The notes below the pieces were generated by a model. The model saw only the letters and a list, made by a program, of their open reading frames with translations, ran no database searches and had not been told where the DNA came from. This document shows, one piece after another, positions 32,947 through 41,929 of a DNA stretch of 43,339 nt. The DNA lies in the IMG/VR virus record IMGVR_UViG_3300031949_000080, positions 1 to 43,339 of that record; one strand, given 5' to 3'. Numbering within the stretch: the first letter of the stretch is position 1; every line of letters begins with the position of its first letter. Position numbers and translations under genes: made by a program. This DNA comes from a virus.

Positions 32947-34170
32947 TTAGCCCGCAGCACCAGCAGTCAGGTTGGTGATGATAGCGTTGGCCGGAGGGTT
33001 CTTGATTACGCAAGTTACCTCAGTTGTCAACGTACCACCAACTGCGTCGATACCGTTATCAACCGGCTGATTACCTTGGTTAAACTCTTCATTCTGAGTC
33101 TTACGATCACCAAGATAAGCCAGACGGAAGGTGGTAAGATCAACAGCTACTGCCATCTTACTCCAGCTTGCATTCGTGTTAAACAGCGGATGCTCAATAA
33201 CACGGAATGTACCACGAGTAGTTTTGAACGTACCGAACTGCAGGCCCCAAGAAGTCTGACCATCAGCAATGTAGTACGTACCATTCAAGCGACCAATGTT
33301 ATTGATAACTCGATGAGCTGCACCACCAACAAACAGCACACGCTCATTAGCTACTTTAGGGTCAGTAGCTTGGTTGAACACTGGATCGAGGAAACCTTCC
33401 AGTTGTGTGAAGTTAGTAGTAGCTCCTGCAGCGTTTACGTTAACTGCGGCGTAGCTGGAAGGATAGTAGGAAAGGGTTCCTACAATACTTACCAAGCCAT
33501 CCATAGTACGGAACGGTTGACCGTTGCGAGTACCTTGGAACTTCTGACCAAAGAACAGTGCTTTCTCGATATCTGCTGCGTGGAAAGCTGCACAGTCTTG
33601 ACGAGATTCAGCAACATTGGTATCACCTGCAATCATCTGAGTAGCACGAACTGTATCAGAGAGCGCCCAAGTATTACGGAAGATCTGAGTCAGGTTAGTG
33701 ATACGAACAGGGTTGATAATCAACGAGTTCGGACGAGTAGAAGCTTCTTCGAACGCATTACCTACCTGATACAGATTGGTACTCAGGGTAATCTCAGCAG
33801 CAGCTACAATACCAACAGCACGAGTTACAACTACGTGAGTAGCATCAGGAATACTGTTGATGATGAGGTTCTCGCCAGTAGCATCTGCGCGCATAATCAT
33901 GCCAGGCAAGATATTAGCAGTAGACAGAACTGTGAGAGTTGTATCACCAGCAGCAGCAGCCGCTGCAGACAGAGTCATCTGCGGAAACAGCATAGTTTTA
34001 GTGAAGAAGCCGTGCTCAATCTGGACAGCAGTTTCTTCGCCCAGCATAGAAGTCATGCCAAACAGAGGGGCTGTACCGTTAGGCATCAGACGAGTAATCA
34101 TTCCTGCAAACGACTTCTTCGCAAGATCCGTAGTGAAGTTAGAGGTATTAAATACGCCAGCAGTTGCCAT
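32947..34170 (-). CDS. Major capsid protein (407 aa)
   Basis: Its position after the scaffold, a typical size and a strong SD AGGAG. The total absence of TTA/CTA/TCA codons (the codon-aligned antisense ORF 32872..34191 is open) indicates very high expression. Confidence 0.75.
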   Translation of the reverse strand: MATAGVFNTSNFTTDLAKKSFAGMITRLMPNGTAPLFGMTSMLGEETAVQIEHGFFTKTMLFPQMTLSAAAAAAGDTTLTVLSTANILPGMIMRADATGENLIINSIPDATHVVVTRAVGIVAAAEITLSTNLYQVGNAFEEASTRPNSLIINPVRITNLTQIFRNTWALSDTVRATQMIAGDTNVAESRQDCAAFHAADIEKALFFGQKFQGTRNGQPFRTMDGLVSIVGTLSYYPSSYAAVNVNAAGATTNFTQLEGFLDPVFNQATDPKVANERVLFVGGAAHRVINNIGRLNGTYYIADGQTSWGLQFGTFKTTRGTFRVIEHPLFNTNASWSKMAVAVDLTTFRLAYLGDRKTQNEEFNQGNQPVDNGIDAVGGTLTTEVTCVIKNPPANAIITNLTAGAAG

Positions 34171-34218
34171 GATTTGTATCTCCTAAATTAAGTATTAAGT
34201 ATCAGTTAAGTGCTGGGA

Positions 34219-34635
34219 TTAGATTACGTACATGTCGTACGTAGCAGTACCAGTCTTAACGAAGTGCAGCAGTCGAGTAGTGAACGCTGCTTGAGCGTTA
34301 TTACCTGCCGCAGTTTTCAGTGTAACTCCAGTAGCTGCGGTGTGGGTCAGAACAAAGTTCACCTGATTAGCGTAAAATACATCCAGAGTATCACCAACAG
34401 CGAGGTCTGGAAATGCTGTATCAATGTTAGCACCAGTGTCGATTGTATCTGCTACTGCGCCAGTTGGGCCAGTACGGATAATAAGACCGCTTGCGAGCAG
34501 TGCTGCCAACACTGTACCTGCACCAGCAGTAGACAGAGCTGTAGGTGCAAGGTTCAAGAACGGGCCATCTCCAGGCATTGCAATAGCAGGCAAGCCTTTA
34601 TTGGGTTGAATAAGCAAACGATTCGGACGAGCCAT
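34219..34635 (-). CDS. Abundant small head-associated protein (138 aa; decoration or minor capsid candidate)
   Basis: AGGAG upstream, between the scaffold and the capsid. It has the same codon signature as the capsid gene (antisense ORF 34210..34656 open). Confidence 0.5.
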   Translation of the reverse strand: MARPNRLLIQPNKGLPAIAMPGDGPFLNLAPTALSTAGAGTVLAALLASGLIIRTGPTGAVADTIDTGANIDTAFPDLAVGDTLDVFYANQVNFVLTHTAATGVTLKTAAGNNAQAAFTTRLLHFVKTGTATYDMYVI

Positions 34636-34700
34636 GATGTAATTCTCCTAAAATAGATTAAAATTAAATGATTAACACACACAAAGTAGTTCTGGGACTT

Positions 34701-35426
34701 TCAGCCTTCAACAAACAACGACCAATCAGTAGAAGGTTTCTTAGTCTTATCCACCGGAGTTGGCCGCTGGCCCATGATGCGATCTGCTGCACCATTAAGA
34801 AACTCATTAACATGATCGTTAATTTGCACTGCTGTTGCTTGAGGGTATTTGGTGGTGAACTGCTGCTGAAGAGCACTAATCATCGGTGCCATAGCAGGGT
34901 CAGCCATCAGAGGGTTTGTTTGCTTCAGGTTGTCTGTTACTGTGTGTTGTTTAATCAAATTCGGGAGCATTGCTTTGAATCGTTCTTCTTGCTGCTGTAA
35001 CGCTGCTTCTGTAATCTTAGCTGCTGCATGAGAGGATTGAGCGAAAGACATCTGAGTCATGTTATTCATTGCTGTCATCATAGCTTGTTGGGCTTCCGGG
35101 CCACCAGCTGCAATAACTTTCATAATCTCTGGAGTTACTACCTTAGTAAAATCTACTGTCTTAGCTGCGTCTATTAGTTTAGATGGATCAGAGTTAAAAC
35201 TAAAAGGTGTCTCCGGTTTCGCATTAGGATCAGTTTTCCACAAATCCTTAAACTGGTCTAGTGGGGATGCACTAGCGTCTGTTGCTGCATCAGTAGCCCC
35301 GGCAACTGTAGATGCCTGAGGGTTTGCAGCAGGGGTATTAGTAGCGTTAGGTACAGTAGGATTAGTGGCTGCAGAAGATGTGGCTGCAGGTGCCGCTTGT
35401 TTAAACATATCGAAGATAGATGCCAT
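34701..35426 (-). CDS. Scaffolding protein (241 aa)
   Basis: Between the portal and the capsid. It has a low-complexity Ala/Thr/Pro N-terminus followed by helical Gln/Ala/Met-rich sequence. AAGGAG upstream. Confidence 0.55.
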   Translation of the reverse strand: MASIFDMFKQAAPAATSSAATNPTVPNATNTPAANPQASTVAGATDAATDASASPLDQFKDLWKTDPNAKPETPFSFNSDPSKLIDAAKTVDFTKVVTPEIMKVIAAGGPEAQQAMMTAMNNMTQMSFAQSSHAAAKITEAALQQQEERFKAMLPNLIKQHTVTDNLKQTNPLMADPAMAPMISALQQQFTTKYPQATAVQINDHVNEFLNGAADRIMGQRPTPVDKTKKPSTDWSLFVEG

Positions 35427-35486
35427 GATGTAATACTCCTTAGTAGATTGTTGTTGGTGATACTGGTGGGTGGATGATACTATTGT

Positions 35487-35777
35487 TTACTGATCAGTGC
35501 TGTTAGCGGCTACTCTTTTTGCTATCTCCTCCTCAATAGTGTTAGAGGAATCAAGGAGCCAGGAGATAATATCTAGCTGACCCTGCAGGTAGCCAATCTG
35601 CTGTACAAAGATTAACGGTTTCAGCGGGTCGTATACTTCATTAATCTTTTGTGTAGCTATCTGGCTTAGTTTATTCTGCAGTACCATTTTCTGGTATCCA
35701 TTAAGTACTGAGCCAGACTCCTCCTCTTCTGGAGTCAGAGAGAATGAAGAGAAGGTATTAGGAATTAGCTGAGCCAT
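35487..35777 (-). CDS. Hypothetical protein (96 aa)
   Basis: Overlaps the portal 3' end by 20 nt, within the late operon. Confidence 0.55.
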   Translation of the reverse strand: MAQLIPNTFSSFSLTPEEEESGSVLNGYQKMVLQNKLSQIATQKINEVYDPLKPLIFVQQIGYLQGQLDIISWLLDSSNTIEEEIAKRVAANSTDQ

Positions 35778-37818
35778 TTGGTGCTCCAGGTTGTGGTTGA
35801 GAAGAAGCTATTACTTGCTGCAGTATTGTAGGCTGCTGTTGGGTTGTAGCTGTCTGTGAGATAGAGCCAGGAGTGTAACCAAACTGTTCCGGTAATGGCT
35901 GGGGCGGAAATGATTTAGTTGTAACTTCCTGTTTAGCTTTAGCTAGGGAGTCTGCTATCTGAGCTACAGTTTGCTGCCACTGCGCTACAGCTTGCTCGTA
36001 CGCTACTTGCTGAGAAGTTTTCTCGAACGGTTTAAGGTCAGCTCCCTGAGTTTTAATAAGGTAACTGAACATCGGAGATAAGTTGTAACCTGCACCAATT
36101 TGCGGAGAGCTTGCGATAGTTTGCATAGCTACCTGCAGCGTGTCTGTGTCGATCTGTTTAGCTACTGGCATCAACCCGTCAGCCATCTTAAAGTTGATTA
36201 CAGCTTTACGTAGGGCGATTGGATCAATAGTTACAGGTTGTTGTTGAGGGCCGGAGTAAAGAGTTGTACCGCCTTGGTATTGTAGAATGTTGATCTTCAG
36301 CAACTCTTTCAGTGGGGTAAAGATCTGTGCCTCTAACAGCTGGGAGGTGAGCATATCGCGACCACCAGCATTACCCATAATATCAGAGTACTCTTCTTTA
36401 GTTCTATTACCTTTCGTGAACAGTCCTCGTTGTGCACGATTACGACCTGTAACTTCGTCAGTCATCATCCCAAGTTGTTGCAGTTTCACAAACACTTGTT
36501 GCGATTGATCATCACGGAAAGGTACAGCGGAGTAGGCTTCCGCTACAGGCTTACCATAAGCTGCTGGACGCACCGGAATCTTAGACGCAGGGTTAGGATT
36601 ATTAATGTCACCTTCACGGATACGAGATGGATCGTATATCATGCGGTCGAATATAGCTTTACGAGAAGCTGCAATAGACTGATTGAGGAGAGTAGAAGAT
36701 ACTTGCTGAAACGGTATAGTATCATCTGCCAGAGATTTAGTTTGATACTTCAGTCCATCTTCGTAAGGTACACCAAACAGTACTGGAATCAGATTATGTG
36801 CATTAGTTTGGCGCTCCGCATAAATTAGTACTTGACCGTTAACGATCAGAAACTTCCATACTTGCGGAGTATTAGCTCCAGGAACTTTGAGCCCAAAATC
36901 TGAGGGGATAATTCTACCATACAGTGTAGTCAGCTCGTATAGATTCTTATACTGTATACTAGGATTCGGATTACCTAATGCTGCCCAAGCCATCCAATCA
37001 GTGGAGGCCCTAGAGTTGCGAGACATTAACGCATCTTGGTTTAACTGGGGCTGATAATAAGTTTCAGCTGACAGACTTCCTGCACCTCCGATACCAGATT
37101 CAAATGCACGAGTAATATTCTCAATGATTTTAATAGGTAACTTGTTAATGCGAGTTTTTAGTGCAGTGCGAGAGAGCAGTTCTGTCTTACCTACGAACTC
37201 TCCGTGAACAGGGATAGCTGTAGGTTCACAACGAGTATCGAAGAACGTATTATACATGTCCCAGCGATTAAGAGTATTACCTTCCCAGAGTACTTCTTTA
37301 GGTTTAGCCTCTGTAGCAGAATAGGTTAAATCTGTCTCTACTGCTGCAGTTACAATACTATCCCAAGTAACTTCCAGTGCGGATATATTGTATTTAAATC
37401 CGTCCCGTAAGAACATCTGAATCTCGCGAACCCACCCACCACGAATAGATTGATCTTCAATAATAGTGTTAAGTTGCATAGCCTCATCCTCAAATTCAGG
37501 ATTAGCTACGGATTGGAAGATAGGTAGGCCAGAGAGGAATACTGCAGCCTGAGCTGCTACTGCTGCTTCTACTTGCGGTTTAACTACAGGTACTGTAATA
37601 TTCTGTAACTTATCTGAGTCTCCATAACGATTAGCCAGTTTCGCTCGCTTAGTCTCTATAGTCCAATCTTGTTCGCGCATGTAAGCTAAATCTATAGTGC
37701 GCATCTGCTCTCTGATGTTCCAGTGCTGCATCTGGAGATTCTGACAAGACCTGTGAAATTGAATAATACCTTCCTGAGATTTCGCAGGCACGTAAACCGG
37801 TATTGTAGGAGAGGCCAT
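35758..37818 (-). CDS. Portal protein (686 aa)
   Basis: Its size and position between the terminase and the scaffold. Confidence 0.7.
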   Translation of the reverse strand: MASPTIPVYVPAKSQEGIIQFHRSCQNLQMQHWNIREQMRTIDLAYMREQDWTIETKRAKLANRYGDSDKLQNITVPVVKPQVEAAVAAQAAVFLSGLPIFQSVANPEFEDEAMQLNTIIEDQSIRGGWVREIQMFLRDGFKYNISALEVTWDSIVTAAVETDLTYSATEAKPKEVLWEGNTLNRWDMYNTFFDTRCEPTAIPVHGEFVGKTELLSRTALKTRINKLPIKIIENITRAFESGIGGAGSLSAETYYQPQLNQDALMSRNSRASTDWMAWAALGNPNPSIQYKNLYELTTLYGRIIPSDFGLKVPGANTPQVWKFLIVNGQVLIYAERQTNAHNLIPVLFGVPYEDGLKYQTKSLADDTIPFQQVSSTLLNQSIAASRKAIFDRMIYDPSRIREGDINNPNPASKIPVRPAAYGKPVAEAYSAVPFRDDQSQQVFVKLQQLGMMTDEVTGRNRAQRGLFTKGNRTKEEYSDIMGNAGGRDMLTSQLLEAQIFTPLKELLKINILQYQGGTTLYSGPQQQPVTIDPIALRKAVINFKMADGLMPVAKQIDTDTLQVAMQTIASSPQIGAGYNLSPMFSYLIKTQGADLKPFEKTSQQVAYEQAVAQWQQTVAQIADSLAKAKQEVTTKSFPPQPLPEQFGYTPGSISQTATTQQQPTILQQVIASSQPQPGAPNGSANS

Positions 37819-37820
37819 AA

Positions 37821-38297
37821 TTATTTACCTTTAGAGTTTGCAGATTTAACGGCTGCGGAAAGTTCTGTAGCGTAAGTAGACAGCTCTTTAAGTTTGGACT
37901 TCATTCCATGAGCTGCCATATCCACTAAGCCCTCGATCATCCCAGTAGATAGTGCAGAAGAGTCCTTGGAGTTAGCTGTTTCGCGCTCTTTACCAGCTGC
38001 TACTGCCATGTCTGAAATAGCTTGGTTACGAATACGAGATTCACGAGCTTCAGCGGTTTCTACCTCTGGTGAACTGTTTGGAGCTGAGTTATTAGGATGA
38101 GCGATAGTATCTACTCCGGCGTCTTTAGCTGCACGCTGTTCGTTAGTAGACATTACATCTTGTCTGGTTCCAGTACCTAAAGCTGCACGAATCTTCTCTA
38201 CAGCTCCAGGAGTATCTGGGTGCTTTGCTATAGCTTCTGCCTTGTCAGCTGGCATGGAAGATAGGGCATCAGCTACAAGTTCTGCTAAATCAGTCAT
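37821..38297 (-). CDS. Hypothetical, probably disordered protein (158 aa)
   Basis: ORF between TerL and the portal, with its stop 3 nt before the portal start. Confidence 0.55.
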   Translation of the reverse strand: MTDLAELVADALSSMPADKAEAIAKHPDTPGAVEKIRAALGTGTRQDVMSTNEQRAAKDAGVDTIAHPNNSAPNSSPEVETAEARESRIRNQAISDMAVAAGKERETANSKDSSALSTGMIEGLVDMAAHGMKSKLKELSTYATELSAAVKSANSKGK

Positions 38298-38328
38298 GAT
38301 ATGGTATCCTTCAGTAAACTAATGAGAG

Positions 38329-39891
38329 TTAACAGGAACAGTTAGATTCAATTCCTAGTACTTGCGCAGCTCCTAACTCTTGTGAGGCAACTGGCGCCTG
38401 CATTGCAATAAACTGCTCGTACTCAGCTAAAACTCGTGGTGAGTACGTAAGAAGGTCGAGTATCCCATCAGTATTATCTCGTTTCAGAGGCTTAAACTGA
38501 GATATTTGATAATGTACTGCGGTACGAACAGACTCGTGTACGAATATATCACCTGCAAGGTATTCTTTAAACATGTTAAGTATGCGAGTTACCTTAGAGA
38601 GACTACCAGAGTATATTGGTACACACTCAATTCCAATAATTTCTAGTTGGGCTGCGATAAAATTGAACCAGTAGAGAAGCGAGTACTGATATGCGTTAGC
38701 TTCTATCGCTATCAAAGTACAATTATGCGTAAATGCCATTGTAAATGCTGTTCTAATTGTATCTCCTGGACTAAATCTACCTTCTTCTAGGTGCATCAGT
38801 ACTGGTACTGGGCCTTTAGGTCTACCGAAGATTCGGAAATGGCCGATAGATACTGCATCACTGTTCTGTTTATCATTAGATGGATCAATGATGATGTAAT
38901 CACCTAGAGATAACTCAGCATCATCGAATGGGTACTCTGGAAGCTTAGCTAAATCTATGTTAGTGTTAGCGTTTGCGTTCTCATCATTGAGTACTTCAGC
39001 GTAAAATATCTCTGGGTGACCAGAATTCAAGTCCGCTTGAAACTCTTCCATAAGCTGTTCTATAGGCTGTAACTCTTCCCACAAAGATTCACCGTTAGAA
39101 AGTATTCCACCTACAATGAACTTAGTCCAACTCGGATTCGCTTTTAACTTACGAAGTATGCTCCATTTAGTAGGATACATATTAGCAACAAATATGTATA
39201 AGCAGCCAGACGGGGACTTAGCTTTCATAGCTGTACCTATCATCCACTGTTCGATGGATTCGGAAACAGTTTGGCTGTCTGCTTCTTCGCGAGTTTGTAT
39301 GTCCTCGAATATCATTAAGTCTGGCCGCTCGTTATCTCGGTTAGTTCCGCGAACTGCGCCACCCTTACCGATAGCTTCTAACATTATAGTACGCCCACGA
39401 TAACCGAACACTTTAAAGGCTTGAGTGTCAGTAGTAACTCCAATGTGATAATCACCGAATACTGAGAGAATGTTAGAGTTCGCTAGCATGGTACATACAT
39501 CGGTAATGATATTAATTGCGTGCTTCTCTGTCGCAGATATTACCATGATATAACGACGGGAAGTAAATAAAATACAATAGATGATGAAGAATTTGATAAA
39601 TGTAGTTTTACCGAAACCGCGAGGTAGTCCGAGAGCTAGTTTAGAGAAATCGCGAGGCTTGTGGATAAAGGATAGTAACCAGTTCCAGGCAGCAATGAAT
39701 ACTGGAGGGAATAAGTACTTAACCATAGTTGGTGCAGCTAACGCAGCCAGGAAATCTAGTGAGGATTTAGCTGCCTCATGAACTTGAGCGTGCTCGTAAT
39801 TAGCAGAACTCAGCTGCTCCTCTGGCTCAGCAGTCTGGCCAGTATCTGTAATTCCTAATTGTTCTTCGAGATTAGTAGGTAAATGAGGCAT
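38329..39891 (-). CDS. terL: Terminase large subunit
   Basis: Walker A GLPRGFGKTTF, Walker B DLMIFEDIQ and a C-terminal nuclease-sized domain. Confidence 0.85.
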   Translation of the reverse strand: MPHLPTNLEEQLGITDTGQTAEPEEQLSSANYEHAQVHEAAKSSLDFLAALAAPTMVKYLFPPVFIAAWNWLLSFIHKPRDFSKLALGLPRGFGKTTFIKFFIIYCILFTSRRYIMVISATEKHAINIITDVCTMLANSNILSVFGDYHIGVTTDTQAFKVFGYRGRTIMLEAIGKGGAVRGTNRDNERPDLMIFEDIQTREEADSQTVSESIEQWMIGTAMKAKSPSGCLYIFVANMYPTKWSILRKLKANPSWTKFIVGGILSNGESLWEELQPIEQLMEEFQADLNSGHPEIFYAEVLNDENANANTNIDLAKLPEYPFDDAELSLGDYIIIDPSNDKQNSDAVSIGHFRIFGRPKGPVPVLMHLEEGRFSPGDTIRTAFTMAFTHNCTLIAIEANAYQYSLLYWFNFIAAQLEIIGIECVPIYSGSLSKVTRILNMFKEYLAGDIFVHESVRTAVHYQISQFKPLKRDNTDGILDLLTYSPRVLAEYEQFIAMQAPVASQELGAAQVLGIESNCSC

Positions 39892-40018
39892 AGCTGACTA
39901 GAGTTATTTCACCTCGGTTGAAGATACATTGCGAGAGAGTTGAAATTTAAGTTGTAATAGTATATCTGTAGCACGATCGCGATCTGCTACCAATAATCTG
40001 GCAGTTGTAGAGAGACTC

Positions 40019-40621
40019 TTAACCTCTACTTGCGACAATGTCTGCGCTAATACTTGTGGCTGAGTCTGTGAGTTGTTCATTTGACGAGTTCCTAGAGGGG
40101 AGTGTTGCGAGTTTAGACTTCAGGGTTTTAGTTTCAATTGTTATTAATTCTTGCTCACCAGCTTCTATCACTTGATTGTTAATATTAGTTACAAATCGTG
40201 AGGTAATTGCTGCAGGTAACGTGAGCTGTACTATCGTGTTATGAACAACAGTGTTGTCTGGAGCATCGGCGCCCCTGCGTTTAGCAGCGTTGATTACTGT
40301 AATAGCGCGAAGCACTTCCATAGGTTTGTACATCATTGGAAGCAAGTCTTTCATCTTCGCTATTAGTGCATCTTCAATACTATCGTAATCGCGATCTCTG
40401 GTAGTTGCAGCCTGAAGATTAGCAAACCGTTTAGCTGTAACTTGTGCGGAAAATTGCTCCTCCCCAAGAAGCTGGGAGATGTAACTTTCGCTTATTCCTA
40501 ACGCTGAGGAAACTACTACTGGAGCTAAACCATTACCTAACATTTCCAGCGCGCGACCAGCTGTACCTTCGTAAATCTTAATGTTACTGTCTGTGTTAAC
40601 TACTATTGGATTTGCGGCCAT
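40019..40621 (-). CDS. terS: Terminase small subunit candidate (200 aa, N-terminal HTH LGISESYISQLL)
   Basis: It is the first gene of the late operon, directly upstream of terL, and has an HTH-like segment. Confidence 0.5.
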   Translation of the reverse strand: MAANPIVVNTDSNIKIYEGTAGRALEMLGNGLAPVVVSSALGISESYISQLLGEEQFSAQVTAKRFANLQAATTRDRDYDSIEDALIAKMKDLLPMMYKPMEVLRAITVINAAKRRGADAPDNTVVHNTIVQLTLPAAITSRFVTNINNQVIEAGEQELITIETKTLKSKLATLPSRNSSNEQLTDSATSISADIVASRG

Positions 40622-40662
40622 GATTGAGTACTCCGAGAGGTTTACTAAACTAATTATAACTT

Positions 40663-40691
40663 ATTATATGTTGTTAGTTACTAAGATGCAA
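40663..40691 (-). promoter_or_regulatory. Consensus-like sigma70 promoter for the late (-) operon: TTGCAT - 17 nt - TATAAT
   Basis: The minus strand reads TTGCATcttagtaactaacaacaTATAAT, with the -10 about 42 nt upstream of the terS ATG. Confidence 0.7.
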
Positions 40692-40822
40692 CAGGGGATG
40701 CTTGAAAAAGTTTAGGAAATTGTGGAGATTGTCATAGGTATAGGAAGCACCTCAGACCAAAAAAGGGTCGCTACCCCCTCCGGCAGTGAGTGAGTACTTA
40801 CTGCAATGATTGGCGCAGGTAG

Positions 40823-40905
40823 TGACAATAATTGTCAGTGAGTTAGTTGTTAGTAATTAGGGAGTTACAAGGGAAGTGACAATAATTGGTAGTAGAGGTG
40901 ACAAT
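40823..40905. promoter_or_regulatory. Operator-like sites: a perfect 15-bp palindrome TGACAATAATTGTCA plus two further GTGACAAT(A/T)... copies
   Basis: 40823-40837 is TGACAATAATTGTCA (7-1-7). 40877-40889 is TGACAATAATTGG. 40899-40905 is TGACAAT. All lie in the divergent intergenic region. Confidence 0.6.
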
Positions 40906-40976
40906 TTGCGGCAGTCAAGAATCATTATTGCAGGTTATAATGTAGTGTAATCAATGAGTTAGCAGTGAGCGCGGCT

Positions 40977-40992
40977 TGGCATGAGTATTGCT
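40977..40992 (+). promoter_or_regulatory. Sigma54-type -24/-12 promoter candidate TGGCATGAGTATTGCT
   Basis: Matches TGGCACG-N4-TTGCW at every fixed position but one, with the canonical GG-N10-GC spacing. It lies 57 nt upstream of the 41049 ATG on the correct strand. Confidence 0.45.
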
Positions 40993-41006
40993 TCCTATAA
41001 GGGTAG

Positions 41007-41025
41007 GTGTAGCATCTCGCTACAC
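41007..41025 (+). promoter_or_regulatory. 7-bp perfect inverted repeat GTGTAGC-atctc-GCTACAC in the leader of the 238-aa gene
   Basis: Read directly. It is flanked by further imperfect symmetry (cctataag...cttatatagg). Confidence 0.5.
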
Positions 41026-41048
41026 TCTTATATAGGAGTTACGACATC

Positions 41049-41765
41049 ATGGAAACAACAACCAACAATCTGAGCAACAACAACCAACTGCCCGCTAGCA
41101 CCTTGGCACCAGTGCTGCACTCTGCTGCCTTTGTTCCGATGGACAGCATCAAGGGCAAGAGCGTAAGCAGTGGTAATCGCTGGTGCAAGCTAATCAAGAA
41201 GGGGGAAAACTCCAAGCTTGGCATGAGCCTCGCAGTGGAAGTGCCAGAGATTACAGGCTTGGCAGATTACAGCCAATACCCTGCAATCACAGCGTACTTG
41301 ATTGACGCGCTGCATGGCCTGCAAGCGGAAGCAGTGAAACAGCGGGCGATTGCAGGTGATAAGGTGTTGCAGTTCTCCGCACTGTCTGTTGCCAACCTTG
41401 AAGCCGTAGCAGTAGCTATCAACGAATCCAGCGGTATCGGACAACTCTCTGAAGAGCGTATCAAGAGTTGGTTCGATGCAGATGCGCGGGAGCTGGTACT
41501 GGTCGCACTGGCTGACAGGCTTGGTATTAGCGAGTCTGCTACTGAGGGAGACATCAAGCGCATTGAGCAGGTAGCTAATCAGATGCGTGATAACTTGGCT
41601 AAACTGTCCAGCCGTAAGCCTGTGCAATTTGATGAACGAGTTAAGAAGGCACTTAACATGGCGCTGGATGCAAGCGATACAGGTGACAACATGACTGGTC
41701 GCTTGAGGGAAAAACTGAATCAGACAGTTGGTGCAGATGACATGCTGATGAATTTGGGACTGTAA
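41049..41765 (+). CDS. Early protein of unknown function (238 aa), a paralogue of 5481..6113, ending ...DDMLMNLGL
   Basis: SD TAGGAG. It is GC-richer and codon-optimised (no TTA/CTA/TCA codons from 41190 on; antisense ORF open) and shares blocks with the 210-aa protein. Confidence 0.85.
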   Translation: METTTNNLSNNNQLPASTLAPVLHSAAFVPMDSIKGKSVSSGNRWCKLIKKGENSKLGMSLAVEVPEITGLADYSQYPAITAYLIDALHGLQAEAVKQRAIAGDKVLQFSALSVANLEAVAVAINESSGIGQLSEERIKSWFDADARELVLVALADRLGISESATEGDIKRIEQVANQMRDNLAKLSSRKPVQFDERVKKALNMALDASDTGDNMTGRLREKLNQTVGADDMLMNLGL

Positions 41766-41782
41766 GGCTAGCAGATAGTTCC

Positions 41783-41817
41783 TAACTTGCGCATTGTATA
41801 TCACAGTGTGCAAGTTA
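41783..41817 (+). terminator. Hairpin after the 238-aa gene (TAACTTGCGCA ... TGTGCAAGTTA, one G-U)
   Basis: An 11-bp stem with a 13-nt loop, 18 nt after the stop. No U-tract. Confidence 0.4.
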
Positions 41818-41834
41818 ATGAACTAACAATGAAT

Positions 41835-41929
41835 CCCCCATATAACTGGAATATCCGGCATAACTGACATACCTCACATATACAGGATACCTCACATACC
41901 TCACATATCCACATATCACGTGAGGTATG
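41835..41929. repeat. Left iteron array (IR-L): CCCCCATATA...(ATACCTCACATA)x3...CATATCAC plus a local 10-bp hairpin CATACCTCAC/GTGAGGTATG
   Basis: Read directly. It is the reverse-complement partner of 42171-42246. Confidence 0.85.

Noticed and set aside
32872-34191. A 439-aa + strand ORF opposite the major capsid gene, and likewise 34210..34656, 25434..26297, 30201..30575, 12853..13128 and the many 60-160-aa ORFs inside 19053..23924.
   Set aside because: These are shadow ORFs antisense to, or out of frame with, long well-supported genes. They have no SD and no start context, and their composition is typical of antisense translation.
41801-41914. A 37-aa Cys-rich minus-strand ORF (MWICEVCEVSCICEVCQLC...) mirrored by the IR-R leader ORF. 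It looked like a possible small-peptide gene pair.
   Set aside because: It has no SD and runs into the hairpin after the 238-aa gene. Its Cys-Glu-Val repeats are simply the translation of the GTGAGGTAT iteron. It is kept only as a note under the iteron finding.
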